Positions 20,312 to 28,007 of a stretch of DNA of 37,882 nucleotides are shown one piece after another. This DNA comes from a virus (taxonomy: Duplodnaviria; Caudoviricetes). Positions within the stretch are counted from its first letter, which is position 1. Every line of letters starts with the position of its first letter. The notes below the pieces were generated by a model that made no database searches, had not been told where the DNA came from, and saw nothing but the letters and a program-made list of their open reading frames with translations. Made by a program: the position numbers and the translations under genes. The DNA lies in IMG/VR virus record IMGVR_UViG_3300030098_004104, positions 1 through 37,882 of that record, one strand, 5' to 3'.

Positions 20312-20720
20312 CAACTTTCTCCACCAAAACGATGACGCGAGGGTCGCCATCTTTTTCCGCGTACATAGTCTCAACAATAAGGCGAACAACCTGGGCGTCA
20401 TCAAACCAGGGCTTTAGCCCATCGAGCACGCTCTTTGCGATGTTGTCCGCATCTGGCTTCTTTGGACACCAGATTGTGCCCTCTGGGTCTTTCCTTCTGC
20501 GAAGAGCCTTGGGCCTAGCCTTGTAGGAGCAGATCTTGACCGACAGCGCGCCCTCTATCGGTGCGTTAAGCACCTCAGCAGCCGACAGCGTAACCGAGTT
20601 AATGTAACCTCGGCTCTTTGCGGGTATGTACGCCCTGCCTGTGCGGGTCATCCGAGGCGACTGCTTTCCGATCGGGTCGCCCATAACGGTGAACTTGGCG
20701 CTAATGAAGGACTTGCCCAT
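20301..20720 (-). CDS. rusA: RusA-family Holliday junction resolvase (139 aa; start reassigned to ATG 20720)
   Basis: GDPIGKQSPR, KKPDADNIAKSVLDGL, DDAQVV motifs. Confidence 0.9.
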   Translation of the reverse strand: MGKSFISAKFTVMGDPIGKQSPRMTRTGRAYIPAKSRGYINSVTLSAAEVLNAPIEGALSVKICSYKARPKALRRRKDPEGTIWCPKKPDADNIAKSVLDGLKPWFDDAQVVRLIVETMYAEKDGDPRVIVLVEKVDGR

Positions 20721-20916
20721 CCTCTTCCTCCATCTCCAGGTTCTCCACAATCGAAGCCATCTGGTGCAGGTACTTCTCAAACCCATCAGCGCCAGGCTTG
20801 TTGTTGAACTTGGCCACCATAGCCACCGGCTTTTGGTCCTCGAAACGCACGAGCCACAAGTCGTCTCCAATCTCGCGCACGTCGTAGTGCACGCCCTCCA
20901 CTTGAAGCACCAACAT
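20701..20916 (-). CDS. Hypothetical protein (71 aa)
   Basis: TGATG coupling to MTase stop; fills operon gap. Confidence 0.6.
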   Translation of the reverse strand: MLVLQVEGVHYDVREIGDDLWLVRFEDQKPVAMVAKFNNKPGADGFEKYLHQMASIVENLEMEEEDGQVLH

Positions 20917-21581
20917 CAGCCACCGAGGTCCAAAGCAATCTGAAACGGGTTAAATGAGCACATCTTTCGGTGCAGCTTCTTAAAATCGTCTGGAGCAGAG
21001 GGGGGCTGAACAAAGTGAACCGCCGTTCTCTGCTTTTTAATAGGCAGGTAAATAGCCCACACGTGCGTTGTTGGCACGCCACGAGCCCCATAGTCAAAGT
21101 TTAGGCGCTTGGTCATCCAGACCAGGTGGTCAGGCTGGTATTTCCGGCCACGATCGCCCTCACCCCACCACGGAGCCGGGGTAAGAATGGCCCCGACAGT
21201 GCGGTTTTCGCGGCAATGGGCGTGAATCTTGTCCACAAACGGCAACAGGGCCTTCCCGTAGGGAGGATTAGCGATAATAGACGCCTCTTCGGGCCATTTT
21301 GCCTCTAAAGAGTTGCAGATCATCACGTCATCAGCCATCGGGGCGTCCCATAGCTCCTCTTCCCAGCCGCGCCAAAGCTCATACAAGTGCCATTTGGCCC
21401 CCAAACGCTGCAACCACCAGGGCAGAGCGCCCCTTCCGGCGGCAGGATCGAGCACAACCTGGTCAAGCAGGGGGTTCTCAAACCTGCCGCGCTCGTCGGT
21501 CCAAAATCCGCGCATCCACTCCACAAGCGCCAGTCCAGCGTTCGGCGGAGTTGGGTAGTATTGCAGGCTACCTAGACTCAC
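20916..21581 (-). CDS. DNA N6-adenine methyltransferase (221 aa)
   Basis: YYPTP, SAM-binding VLDPAAGRG, catalytic IANPPY. Confidence 0.85.
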   Translation of the reverse strand: MSLGSLQYYPTPPNAGLALVEWMRGFWTDERGRFENPLLDQVVLDPAAGRGALPWWLQRLGAKWHLYELWRGWEEELWDAPMADDVMICNSLEAKWPEEASIIANPPYGKALLPFVDKIHAHCRENRTVGAILTPAPWWGEGDRGRKYQPDHLVWMTKRLNFDYGARGVPTTHVWAIYLPIKKQRTAVHFVQPPSAPDDFKKLHRKMCSFNPFQIALDLGG

Positions 21582-21678
21582 CCTCTACCCCCTCGCAGCT
21601 TGCCCCGCACTTTTCGCACGGGCCGCTAGTTTGTTGCCGGTGGTCGCACTCAAAACACATCCAAAACAATATAATCAA
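21568..21678 (-). CDS. Zinc-ribbon mini-protein (36 aa; not in ORF track)
   Basis: TTG start overlaps dnaB stop, GGAGG upstream; MIILFWMCFECDHRQQTSGPCEKCGASCEGVEGESR has two CxxC. Confidence 0.55.
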   Translation of the reverse strand: MIILFWMCFECDHRQQTSGPCEKCGASCEGVEGESR

Positions 21679-23009
21679 AACGCCGCCTCCATGAATTTCA
21701 TGCGGGATCCTGACCACTGGATGTCTTTGCAGTCCAGCGACCTCTGCTCTCCGTGTCGGAACTTGTCCATGCCAATCTCAGCACTGTTGCGGTTCATGTG
21801 CGGCTGGATACGCGCAGGCAACCAGGGCACGAGCGCCAGGTCAGCGTCATCCTCAATCGAGCCGCTTCCCTTGGCGTCCGAGATATGAGGGCGTCGCTTG
21901 GCTCTCTTGGCCTCTAGCACCGGCTGGCTAAGGCAGACCACCACGCACCCAAGCTCTACCGCCAGCAGCTTGAGCCCACGGGTGTTGTGGCTGATTTCCT
22001 CTTCTTTGGTGGAGTCCCTTCTGCCGGTAGAGCCCTTCATCAACTGCAAGTAGTCCACGACCACCATGCCGATAGAGCCGCGCTCAATCGCGATGCGTCT
22101 GGCGGTTCGTCGGATCTGCTCCACAGTAGCGCACCGAGCCCCCTCCACAATCAGCGGCAGTGAAGACACCGTTTCAGCGGCCCCGTACATACGGCTGTGC
22201 TCCTCGCTGGACAGCCCCGGCTTTTGCTGGACATGCACAGGCACCCCGCTCTCAGCGGCCACCATTCTCCCGTACACCTCTTCTGCTGCCATCTCGTAAG
22301 AACAGACCAACACCGGATTGCCACGCTTGGCGCTAGAGAGCGCAAAGTTGTTTACTGCCAGGGCGCTCTTGCCATGACCAGCCGCGCTCATCACGACAAC
22401 CAGCCACCCAGGCCTAAATCCCCCACCGAGCACCTCATCGAGCGGCGGCAGTCCCGTAGTAAGCCGGGTGGTATCCACCTTCCCGTCTTGGATGGCCTGT
22501 ACCTGCTCCATGTAGGTCTTGATGCCATCGACCGCGCTTGTGCCCCGGTCCATGTTCCCGCGCTCTTGTAGCCGACGAAGCGTCTCCTCAGCCTGGTCAA
22601 GCGCCGCATACCCAGGCAAGTCGCCAAACCCCAGGTGGCTCACCCGGTCCCCGGCCTCCACGATGGCGCGCTTTAGGGCCTTCTCGATGACGATCTGAGC
22701 ATACCGCTGGATATTCGTGGTGGTGCCTTTGCGGTCCAAGACCTCACTCAGAGCGTAGATCCCCCCAGCCTCCTCCCAGACGCCCATGTCTTGCAGCGTT
22801 GTCTTGATCATCACCTCATCAAAGGTCTGATGCTTCCCATACGCCTGCACCATCGCAGTAAACATATGGCCGTAACGACCCAGGTAGAAGTCCTTAGACC
22901 TCAAACCCATCATCAACACATCATCCAGCAAATGAGGCCCCAGCAACAAAGCACCAAGAACCTCACGCTCAGCGTCTACCGAATGCGGCAGTACCATCCC
23001 GTCAACCAA
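21675..23009 (-). CDS. dnaB: DnaB-like replicative helicase (444 aa)
   Basis: LPHSVDAEREVLGALL, TGLPPLD, Walker A AAGHGKS, SYEM, VVVDYLQLM, CLSQ, SGSIEDDAD, KFRHG; AGGAGGTG RBS. Confidence 0.95.
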   Translation of the reverse strand: MVDGMVLPHSVDAEREVLGALLLGPHLLDDVLMMGLRSKDFYLGRYGHMFTAMVQAYGKHQTFDEVMIKTTLQDMGVWEEAGGIYALSEVLDRKGTTTNIQRYAQIVIEKALKRAIVEAGDRVSHLGFGDLPGYAALDQAEETLRRLQERGNMDRGTSAVDGIKTYMEQVQAIQDGKVDTTRLTTGLPPLDEVLGGGFRPGWLVVVMSAAGHGKSALAVNNFALSSAKRGNPVLVCSYEMAAEEVYGRMVAAESGVPVHVQQKPGLSSEEHSRMYGAAETVSSLPLIVEGARCATVEQIRRTARRIAIERGSIGMVVVDYLQLMKGSTGRRDSTKEEEISHNTRGLKLLAVELGCVVVCLSQPVLEAKRAKRRPHISDAKGSGSIEDDADLALVPWLPARIQPHMNRNSAEIGMDKFRHGEQRSLDCKDIQWSGSRMKFMEAAF

Positions 23010-23128
23010 CTGCTCACCTCCTAGTTGGCACAGTCCATGCTACGCGGGCGTGTCGCGCGCTATGAACTAGTAATCTTCAGACTAGAAGAACTGTACTGAT
23101 CTGTTCTTCTCTTATTTCTTTTAAGACT

Positions 23129-23458
23129 CTAAGCAACTGTTAAGTCTTTCTTCTCAATCTCTAGGCAACTGGAAACCTCCGCGCGCGTGCGCGTGAGAGA
23201 CTCCCGAAACTCAGACTCTCGTTCTCGTGCTGCCTGAAGCTCTGAAGAAGATGTCACCAAATCCTCCATGTTCACTCCAAGAGCACGACTCAGCAAAACA
23301 ACGTCATTGAGAGAACCACCACGGTTCTCAGCGTTGTTCTCGTATTTGCTGATCAAAGGCTGAGAGACACCACTAGCCTCAGCAAGAACCTCCTGGGACA
23401 AACCAACAGACTTGCGAAGAGCACGAAGAGTCTCACCGTCAATCTTGAACCTAGACAT
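23129..23458 (-). CDS. XRE/Cro-family HTH transcription regulator (109 aa)
   Basis: LRALRKSVGLSQEVLAEASGVSQPLISKYEN...LSRALGV; AGGAGGTG RBS. Confidence 0.9.
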   Translation of the reverse strand: MSRFKIDGETLRALRKSVGLSQEVLAEASGVSQPLISKYENNAENRGGSLNDVVLLSRALGVNMEDLVTSSSELQAARERESEFRESLTRTRAEVSSCLEIEKKDLTVA

Positions 23459-23478
23459 AAGCTCACCTCCTGGGAACA

Positions 23479-23507
23479 GGTATATGACAAATCGTCATGT
23501 AGGTCAA
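23479..23507 (-). promoter_or_regulatory. Sigma70-like leftward promoter with palindromic operator
   Basis: Minus strand TTGACC-17nt-TATACC; ATGAC-N5-GTCAT at 23484-23498. Confidence 0.75.
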
Positions 23508-24037
23508 CGGGTTTCGAAAAATTGGCCGTGGAAAGATTGGCTATTCCGCGCAGATCGACCGGACGAAACGCACATCGGGCGTAGTAAGGAAGACGCGATT
23601 CAAGGGAACGCGTAGCCCAAAGAGTCGCAGCCCAAGTAGTCGCGGCCCCTACTGAGTACCTGTTCCTTGTAGCTCAGCCCAACGAGACGGGGTCTAGACG
23701 GCGTCCGAGGCCCCGACTGGGACCATGCCCTGGACGACCCCCAGCCGAGCCCGTACAGGCACCGTTCCGAGGGGCTCAGGGCCTACGCGCCCGATACCGA
23801 GAAGAGTCGAGAGGCAGACCCCCCACAACCCACCTCCCAACCACCTCTCACCACCCCACCTGGAGACTCCGATCGGGGACCGTGGAGCCCTGGTGAGCTA
23901 CGATCGTGCTGTGATCGTGTGTCATTTCGGGCAGTTACAACCCTGTGACCCCGGATTGAGCCGAATTGGGCCCGTTCTGGGCTTCCTGATGAATTGCAGC
24001 CCGGTACAGCGTTTACAAAATGAATTGCAACTTTCTG

Positions 24038-24068
24038 TTGACCCATGACGGAGAGTTATGCCCATAAT
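24038..24068 (+). promoter_or_regulatory. Sigma70-like early promoter with imperfect operator
   Basis: TTGACC-19nt-CATAAT; ATGAC-ggaga-GTTAT at 24045-24059; upstream of the first plus-strand ORF. Confidence 0.6.
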
Positions 24069-24147
24069 ACATCTGTCGACGGGGACTGACCCCAGCGACC
24101 TGACCCTGACCCGGCCCCCGAGGCCGACCCTGACTGGAGACTGACTG

Positions 24148-24420
24148 ATGCACTACACGATCACCACCCACCCTGACAGACTGGATAGAATCATGAGCAA
24201 GCCTAGCAACCTGAAGAGCACGCAGCTACCAGCGTCCCCCGTTGTCAGCCACAACGGATATCAGAACCGCTTTGTTGTCACCGCAGACCCGGACGGGTGC
24301 CCCTATCTTCAAGAGCAGCGCCTGGTTGACGGTCGCTGGGTCGACCGTCCTGGCATTGGGTCCAACACGGTCCAGGCTGCGCTGATTGCCGTGCTCTGTG
24401 AGCGATTTGACGCCAACTAG
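24148..24420 (+). CDS. Hypothetical early protein (alternative start ATG 24193)
   Basis: GGAGA RBS; both candidate starts are preceded by the CCCTGAC..CTGGA leader. Confidence 0.6.
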   Translation: MHYTITTHPDRLDRIMSKPSNLKSTQLPASPVVSHNGYQNRFVVTADPDGCPYLQEQRLVDGRWVDRPGIGSNTVQAALIAVLCERFDAN

Positions 24421-24479
24421 TCGAAACGCCCTCCGGGGCGTCTGCGGGAGATGGCCTACCCGTACTGATGAGACAGGCC
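24420..24479 (+). ncRNA. Hammerhead ribozyme, type II with loop-I pseudoknot
   Basis: GTC-GAA-ACGCCC(TCCG)GGGCGT-C^-TGCGGG(AGATGGCCTA)CCCGTA-CTGATGA-GAC-AGGCC; all core nucleotides and three stems present; 3' AGGCC pairs with loop GGCCT. Confidence 0.93.
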
Positions 24480-24507
24480 CTGACTTCTTTACTACCTGGA
24501 GAGAATC

Positions 24508-24756
24508 ATGAGCAGCACCGCACGCCGATACCAGAACCAGAGCCCCGCGTTCGACCTTCCCGCGGGCTACGATATCCGGCTAACAGAAGAGCAGGTTGAA
24601 TTCTTGGTTCAGACTGTTCTGTCTGGATATATCGTGGATACGAGAGCCGCACTGAAGGGGCTCCCAGACTGGATGGCGGCCAACCTCTGCGAATCCATCG
24701 AGAGGGCCAGGGCCTTACAGGCAACCATTTCCGCTCAATCGTGCGACAACGACTAG
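24508..24756 (+). CDS. Hypothetical early protein (82 aa)
   Basis: GGAGAG RBS, shared leader motif. Confidence 0.65.
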   Translation: MSSTARRYQNQSPAFDLPAGYDIRLTEEQVEFLVQTVLSGYIVDTRAALKGLPDWMAANLCESIERARALQATISAQSCDND

Positions 24757-24798
24757 GCTACAGAGTAACCCTAACCCCTGACTGACTGGAGAATCATC

Positions 24799-25314
24799 AT
24801 GTTTACTGACGGAATGAAGAACAGCGTCCACGAGATCATCGCTGACACCATGCTTACCAACCGCGGCCTGACCCCGGAGCTTGCCCACCGGGTCGTGATC
24901 GAAGAGCTTGGAATGCCTCCTGAGCACTGGGAGAACAGCGCGAAGCTCATCAAGCTGTGCGCCGAGGTGATCGGGCAGTTCCGGCCCCTCTTGTCCCCGC
25001 CTCCCGGCTGGGTGGTGTCTGACCCTGCCCAGGTCTTGCGGTGCGGTGATGTGGTCTGGGACTACACCGATCACAACGAGGGGACGTATCGCGTGATCGC
25101 TCAGCATGCCACCGACGGCTGGTACGGAGCGAACACGAACAGAGCATGGGCATGGGCTCAGAAGAGGCACGGCGACCTGGAGCCCTGGGGCACGATCGAG
25201 GCGCGGCTGGTCTTCCCGGCTGGGTGGTCGTCCGCTGCCAACTCGAAGCTCGCACAGGCCCTGTGCGACCTGGCGACCTCACACCAGCCCTATGACCTGA
25301 GTATCGAGGACTAG
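24799..25314 (+). CDS. Hypothetical early protein (171 aa)
   Basis: GGAGA RBS, shared leader motif. Confidence 0.7.
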   Translation: MFTDGMKNSVHEIIADTMLTNRGLTPELAHRVVIEELGMPPEHWENSAKLIKLCAEVIGQFRPLLSPPPGWVVSDPAQVLRCGDVVWDYTDHNEGTYRVIAQHATDGWYGANTNRAWAWAQKRHGDLEPWGTIEARLVFPAGWSSAANSKLAQALCDLATSHQPYDLSIED

Positions 25315-25325
25315 GCTTCGGGCGT

Positions 25326-25361
25326 CCTGGGAGGCGGTGACACCCCGTCGCCGTCTCCAGG
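25326..25361 (+). other. Long intergenic RNA hairpin
   Basis: CCTGGGAGGCGGTGAC / GTCGCCGTCTCCAGG, ~15 bp with G-U pairs, no U-tract. Confidence 0.55.
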
Positions 25362-25404
25362 GGCTTGTCTGAGTCCATTACCCTGACTTACTGGAGAATC
25401 TACC

Positions 25405-25821
25405 ATGTTGAGCAAGCGACAGAGAATCAAGACCGTTCGAGAGATGGCAGACCGATTGCGCTATGTGTGCATGACCAAGGGCATCCACCGCCTGGGAGAA
25501 CTGGATGACACCATTAAAAAGCAGGAGCGGCACCACCGCAAGCCGCCACCGGGCATGACGCCCCGCCGATACGCGGAGTCCGTCCCCGTGGCCGTGGACT
25601 ACTTCCTTGTGCGATGCTTCGCTAATGCGTTCGAGGTGCTGCGCTCTGCTGAGACTGTCGAGGGATTGCGGAGGGATTTCGGCGGCGCTCGCACCGATTA
25701 CCTGCTGGCCCTGGCGATTGTCGCAGATTACGAGGATGAAATCGCCAGCAGCGTCCATGTCGGCGACCTCATCGCCGCGGGTGACCTTGTGGATTACTTC
25801 ACCGACATCGCGGGGGGGTGA
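25405..25821 (+). CDS. Hypothetical early protein (138 aa)
   Basis: GGAGA RBS, shared leader motif. Confidence 0.7.
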   Translation: MLSKRQRIKTVREMADRLRYVCMTKGIHRLGELDDTIKKQERHHRKPPPGMTPRRYAESVPVAVDYFLVRCFANAFEVLRSAETVEGLRRDFGGARTDYLLALAIVADYEDEIASSVHVGDLIAAGDLVDYFTDIAGG

Positions 25822-26013
25822 GTGATGAAGCCCGAGTGTTATTACTGCAATGCCCAGGCGATCGGAACCGAGAGGGACTACCTCGACTCGCAACTGGCCA
25901 CCATCAATGTGTGCCGAAATTGCGCCCACCTCAACACCACCGTGCGCCTGTTTTCTGGCGGCACATGGGTGCGCCGGTCCCGCCGAAATGCTGACGCCCA
26001 GGGAGGTGAGTGA
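25822..26013 (+). CDS. Small Zn-finger-like protein (63 aa)
   Basis: CYYC ... CRNC; coupled start. Confidence 0.6.
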   Translation: MMKPECYYCNAQAIGTERDYLDSQLATINVCRNCAHLNTTVRLFSGGTWVRRSRRNADAQGGE

Positions 26014-26417
26014 TGAGCAAGCCAACTGTCACACTGATGCAAGCTGAGCCCGCACCCGTGGTGCTTTGGGACCGTGAGCCCGAAACCAGCAACCAAACAG
26101 GAACCGAGACGATGAAAATCCGAAACCTTACACACCTAATCGAGACTCTTCGCCAGGTATTCGACCACACGAGCGAGCCCTTCGAGATGACCGTGTACCA
26201 CCTGGCCCCAGGCGTCACGCTTCAACGGGTCCAGAACAAAGACCTGGCATGGGAGCACCTGAACCCACAGCGCCGAGACGACTGGCAGATATGCGACCGC
26301 ACAGAGCCAGGGATTGTGCGACGCGTCACCGTGCGAACGTCCACAGGCGAGGCCACGCTAGACACCGTCCTTGAGCAGGCCTTCAAGGCCAGCCCAGACC
26401 CACAGAACACCCTCTAG
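26010..26417 (+). CDS. Hypothetical protein (start 26010/26013, or internal ATG 26112)
   Basis: GGAGGTGAGTGATG coupling. Confidence 0.55.
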   Translation: MMSKPTVTLMQAEPAPVVLWDREPETSNQTGTETMKIRNLTHLIETLRQVFDHTSEPFEMTVYHLAPGVTLQRVQNKDLAWEHLNPQRRDDWQICDRTEPGIVRRVTVRTSTGEATLDTVLEQAFKASPDPQNTL

Positions 26418-26497
26418 AACGCATTTCACGCCCTCAAGGGAGGGCAACCTACCAACCAACCAAGCAAAAGCCCGTACGCGGGCAGGGAGATAGCAAG

Positions 26498-26746
26498 ATG
26501 AGCAGAACGCGGCGATACGTGAGCGAGAGCGAGGTGCGCCAGGTCGCAGACACGGTGTGCAGGTCATGCGACTTCGTGCACCGAGGCGACACGGCAAGAT
26601 TGCGGGAGATTGCCCGCGATGAGTTCAGAGAGATGGGCATCGAGCCCACGCCTAGCCAGGTGGGCTACGCGGTCAAGCTGGGCCGCGCATCCTACGGGGG
26701 GGTTATCCGGTCTACGAAGGCCGCAATCTACGGGGGTCGACGATGA
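26498..26746 (+). CDS. Hypothetical protein (82 aa)
   Basis: GGGAGA RBS; overlaps next start. Confidence 0.6.
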   Translation: MSRTRRYVSESEVRQVADTVCRSCDFVHRGDTARLREIARDEFREMGIEPTPSQVGYAVKLGRASYGGVIRSTKAAIYGGRR

Positions 26747-27213
26747 GTGGCGAGTATACATCAAACCTGGAACTTAAACGCGCGTGGGACGCTTCGGGCA
26801 GCGCAAGCGCCGCGAACAAGATCGCCGCTGAGCGTTACGCGAGGGCCGTGTTTCACAAAGATGGGCGCAAACGCAAGGCGCTAGGGGATGACCAGCAAGC
26901 TGTGATGAACGCGATCAGCAGGCCCGGATCGGGGTCGTACCCTGGCGCGGGTTGGCGTTATGGGAGCCACTCCCTTACGGTGCGCGTGCTCAACACTTTG
27001 GTTCGGCGTGGGCTGGTTTGGCGCTGGGCGATGCCTTATCACCCATTTCACAACAGCGACCGCGTGATCTACGACGACGTGTACACGCTGCCCGACCGCA
27101 CGCCTGGGCTTGCCGAGCACTACTCGGCTGGCCCTCCGATCCTGACCTGGCCCGTTGGCGACCGTCGGTTCCCCGATGGCCTTCAAAGCCTGAAAGGGGG
27201 CGACAATGGATAG
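26743..27213 (+). CDS. Hypothetical protein, possible winged-helix (156 aa)
   Basis: LGDDQQAVMNAI ... TVRVLNTLVRRGLV resembles wHTH. Confidence 0.55.
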   Translation: MSGEYTSNLELKRAWDASGSASAANKIAAERYARAVFHKDGRKRKALGDDQQAVMNAISRPGSGSYPGAGWRYGSHSLTVRVLNTLVRRGLVWRWAMPYHPFHNSDRVIYDDVYTLPDRTPGLAEHYSAGPPILTWPVGDRRFPDGLQSLKGGDNG

Positions 27214-27415
27214 CCTCATGACAGCCATCGCTCTGGCTCTGGCCCTGCTGTTTACCAGCAGCGGCCCAGGTCCGGTGGGCATCATCGATCAGGTGTCGGA
27301 GGACGCTCAAGGCCAGTTGGTGGCCGTTGTCGAGTGTCCAGTTGACGGCGGCTGGGAAATGGTTTACGTTAACGGTTCTGGGCTGGCAGAAGGCGACAGC
27401 CACCCATGTGATTGA
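27206..27415 (+). CDS. Small secreted/membrane protein (69 aa)
   Basis: Hydrophobic N-terminus (LMTAIALALALLF); GIIDQV...LAEGD. Confidence 0.55.
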   Translation: MDSLMTAIALALALLFTSSGPGPVGIIDQVSEDAQGQLVAVVECPVDGGWEMVYVNGSGLAEGDSHPCD

Positions 27416-27495
27416 GGAGCACCCCGCAGGGCTTCACTCCGGTGGTGTCCTGCAAGGTGAACTGGATCACCAAACTGACTGAATGGAGGTGTGCC

Positions 27496-27825
27496 ATGCA
27501 TGGCCACGACGAAGACAGCGCGATCGAGTATGCGACCCAGGACTACTGGGCTGGCAAGGGCGGCAGGCATCTGGACAAGATGCGCGAAGTGGCTGACGCC
27601 GCTCGCAAAACCGCGGTAGTGCTTAGCAGGCAGTACGACGCGATAACTGACGCATTGCGTGATGTTGCTCGGGAGATGGACAACTTGCGATCGGTTCGTG
27701 ATGACTTGCTTGAGGAAATCAAGGCGGCTGAGGCTGGGCTTGAGGCTGCAAAGGACGCCGGACTCGCGAGGTACATGACCTTTCGACGAGAGGAAAAAGC
27801 CCGTGCGCGCAAGGGGGGTGAGTGA
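27496..27825 (+). CDS. Coiled-coil hypothetical protein (109 aa; start reassigned to ATG 27496)
   Basis: GGAGG RBS at ~27485; heptad-rich. Confidence 0.6.
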   Translation: MHGHDEDSAIEYATQDYWAGKGGRHLDKMREVADAARKTAVVLSRQYDAITDALRDVAREMDNLRSVRDDLLEEIKAAEAGLEAAKDAGLARYMTFRREEKARARKGGE

Positions 27826-28007
27826 TGAGAGTCTCTGATGTCATCAAGATGCTCGTGGACAATCGCGAGAGCTTTGGCAATTACCGCATCGATGGGACGC
27901 CGCGAGACACCACTGTTGACGAGGGCTACATCAGCATTTCCGTGACCGGCGGTGAGGCTGGTGCGGTCATCGTCTTGGAGGGCGCTACCTTCAAGGAGGT
28001 TGAGTGA
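27822..28007 (+). CDS. Hypothetical protein (61 aa)
   Basis: Coupled start and stop. Confidence 0.6.
   Translation: MMRVSDVIKMLVDNRESFGNYRIDGTPRDTTVDEGYISISVTGGEAGAVIVLEGATFKEVE

Noticed and set aside
23062-23131. TAG readthrough or recoding of the XRE gene
   Set aside because: Adds only 22 codons before another TAG, and many well-bounded genes here end in TAG, so there is no sign of stop reassignment
23669-23725. GTAGCTCAG resembling a tRNA D-arm start
   Set aside because: No T-loop GTTC and no acceptor-stem pairing found
23975-24030. Sigma54 promoter suggested by TTGCA
   Set aside because: No GG at the required -24 spacing for either copy
23725-24048. 107-aa plus ORF and overlapping 87-aa minus ORF in the control region
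   Set aside because: Low-complexity Pro/Arg or Gly-rich translations, no convincing RBS, overlap with the promoter
24099-25407. CRISPR-like array from the CCCTGAC repeats
   Set aside because: Repeats are short, degenerate and separated by whole ORFs; no cas genes
26010-26090. Possible second hammerhead (TGATGAG / CTGATGC ... CGAAAC)
   Set aside because: Core is not CTGANGA and stem II cannot be formed
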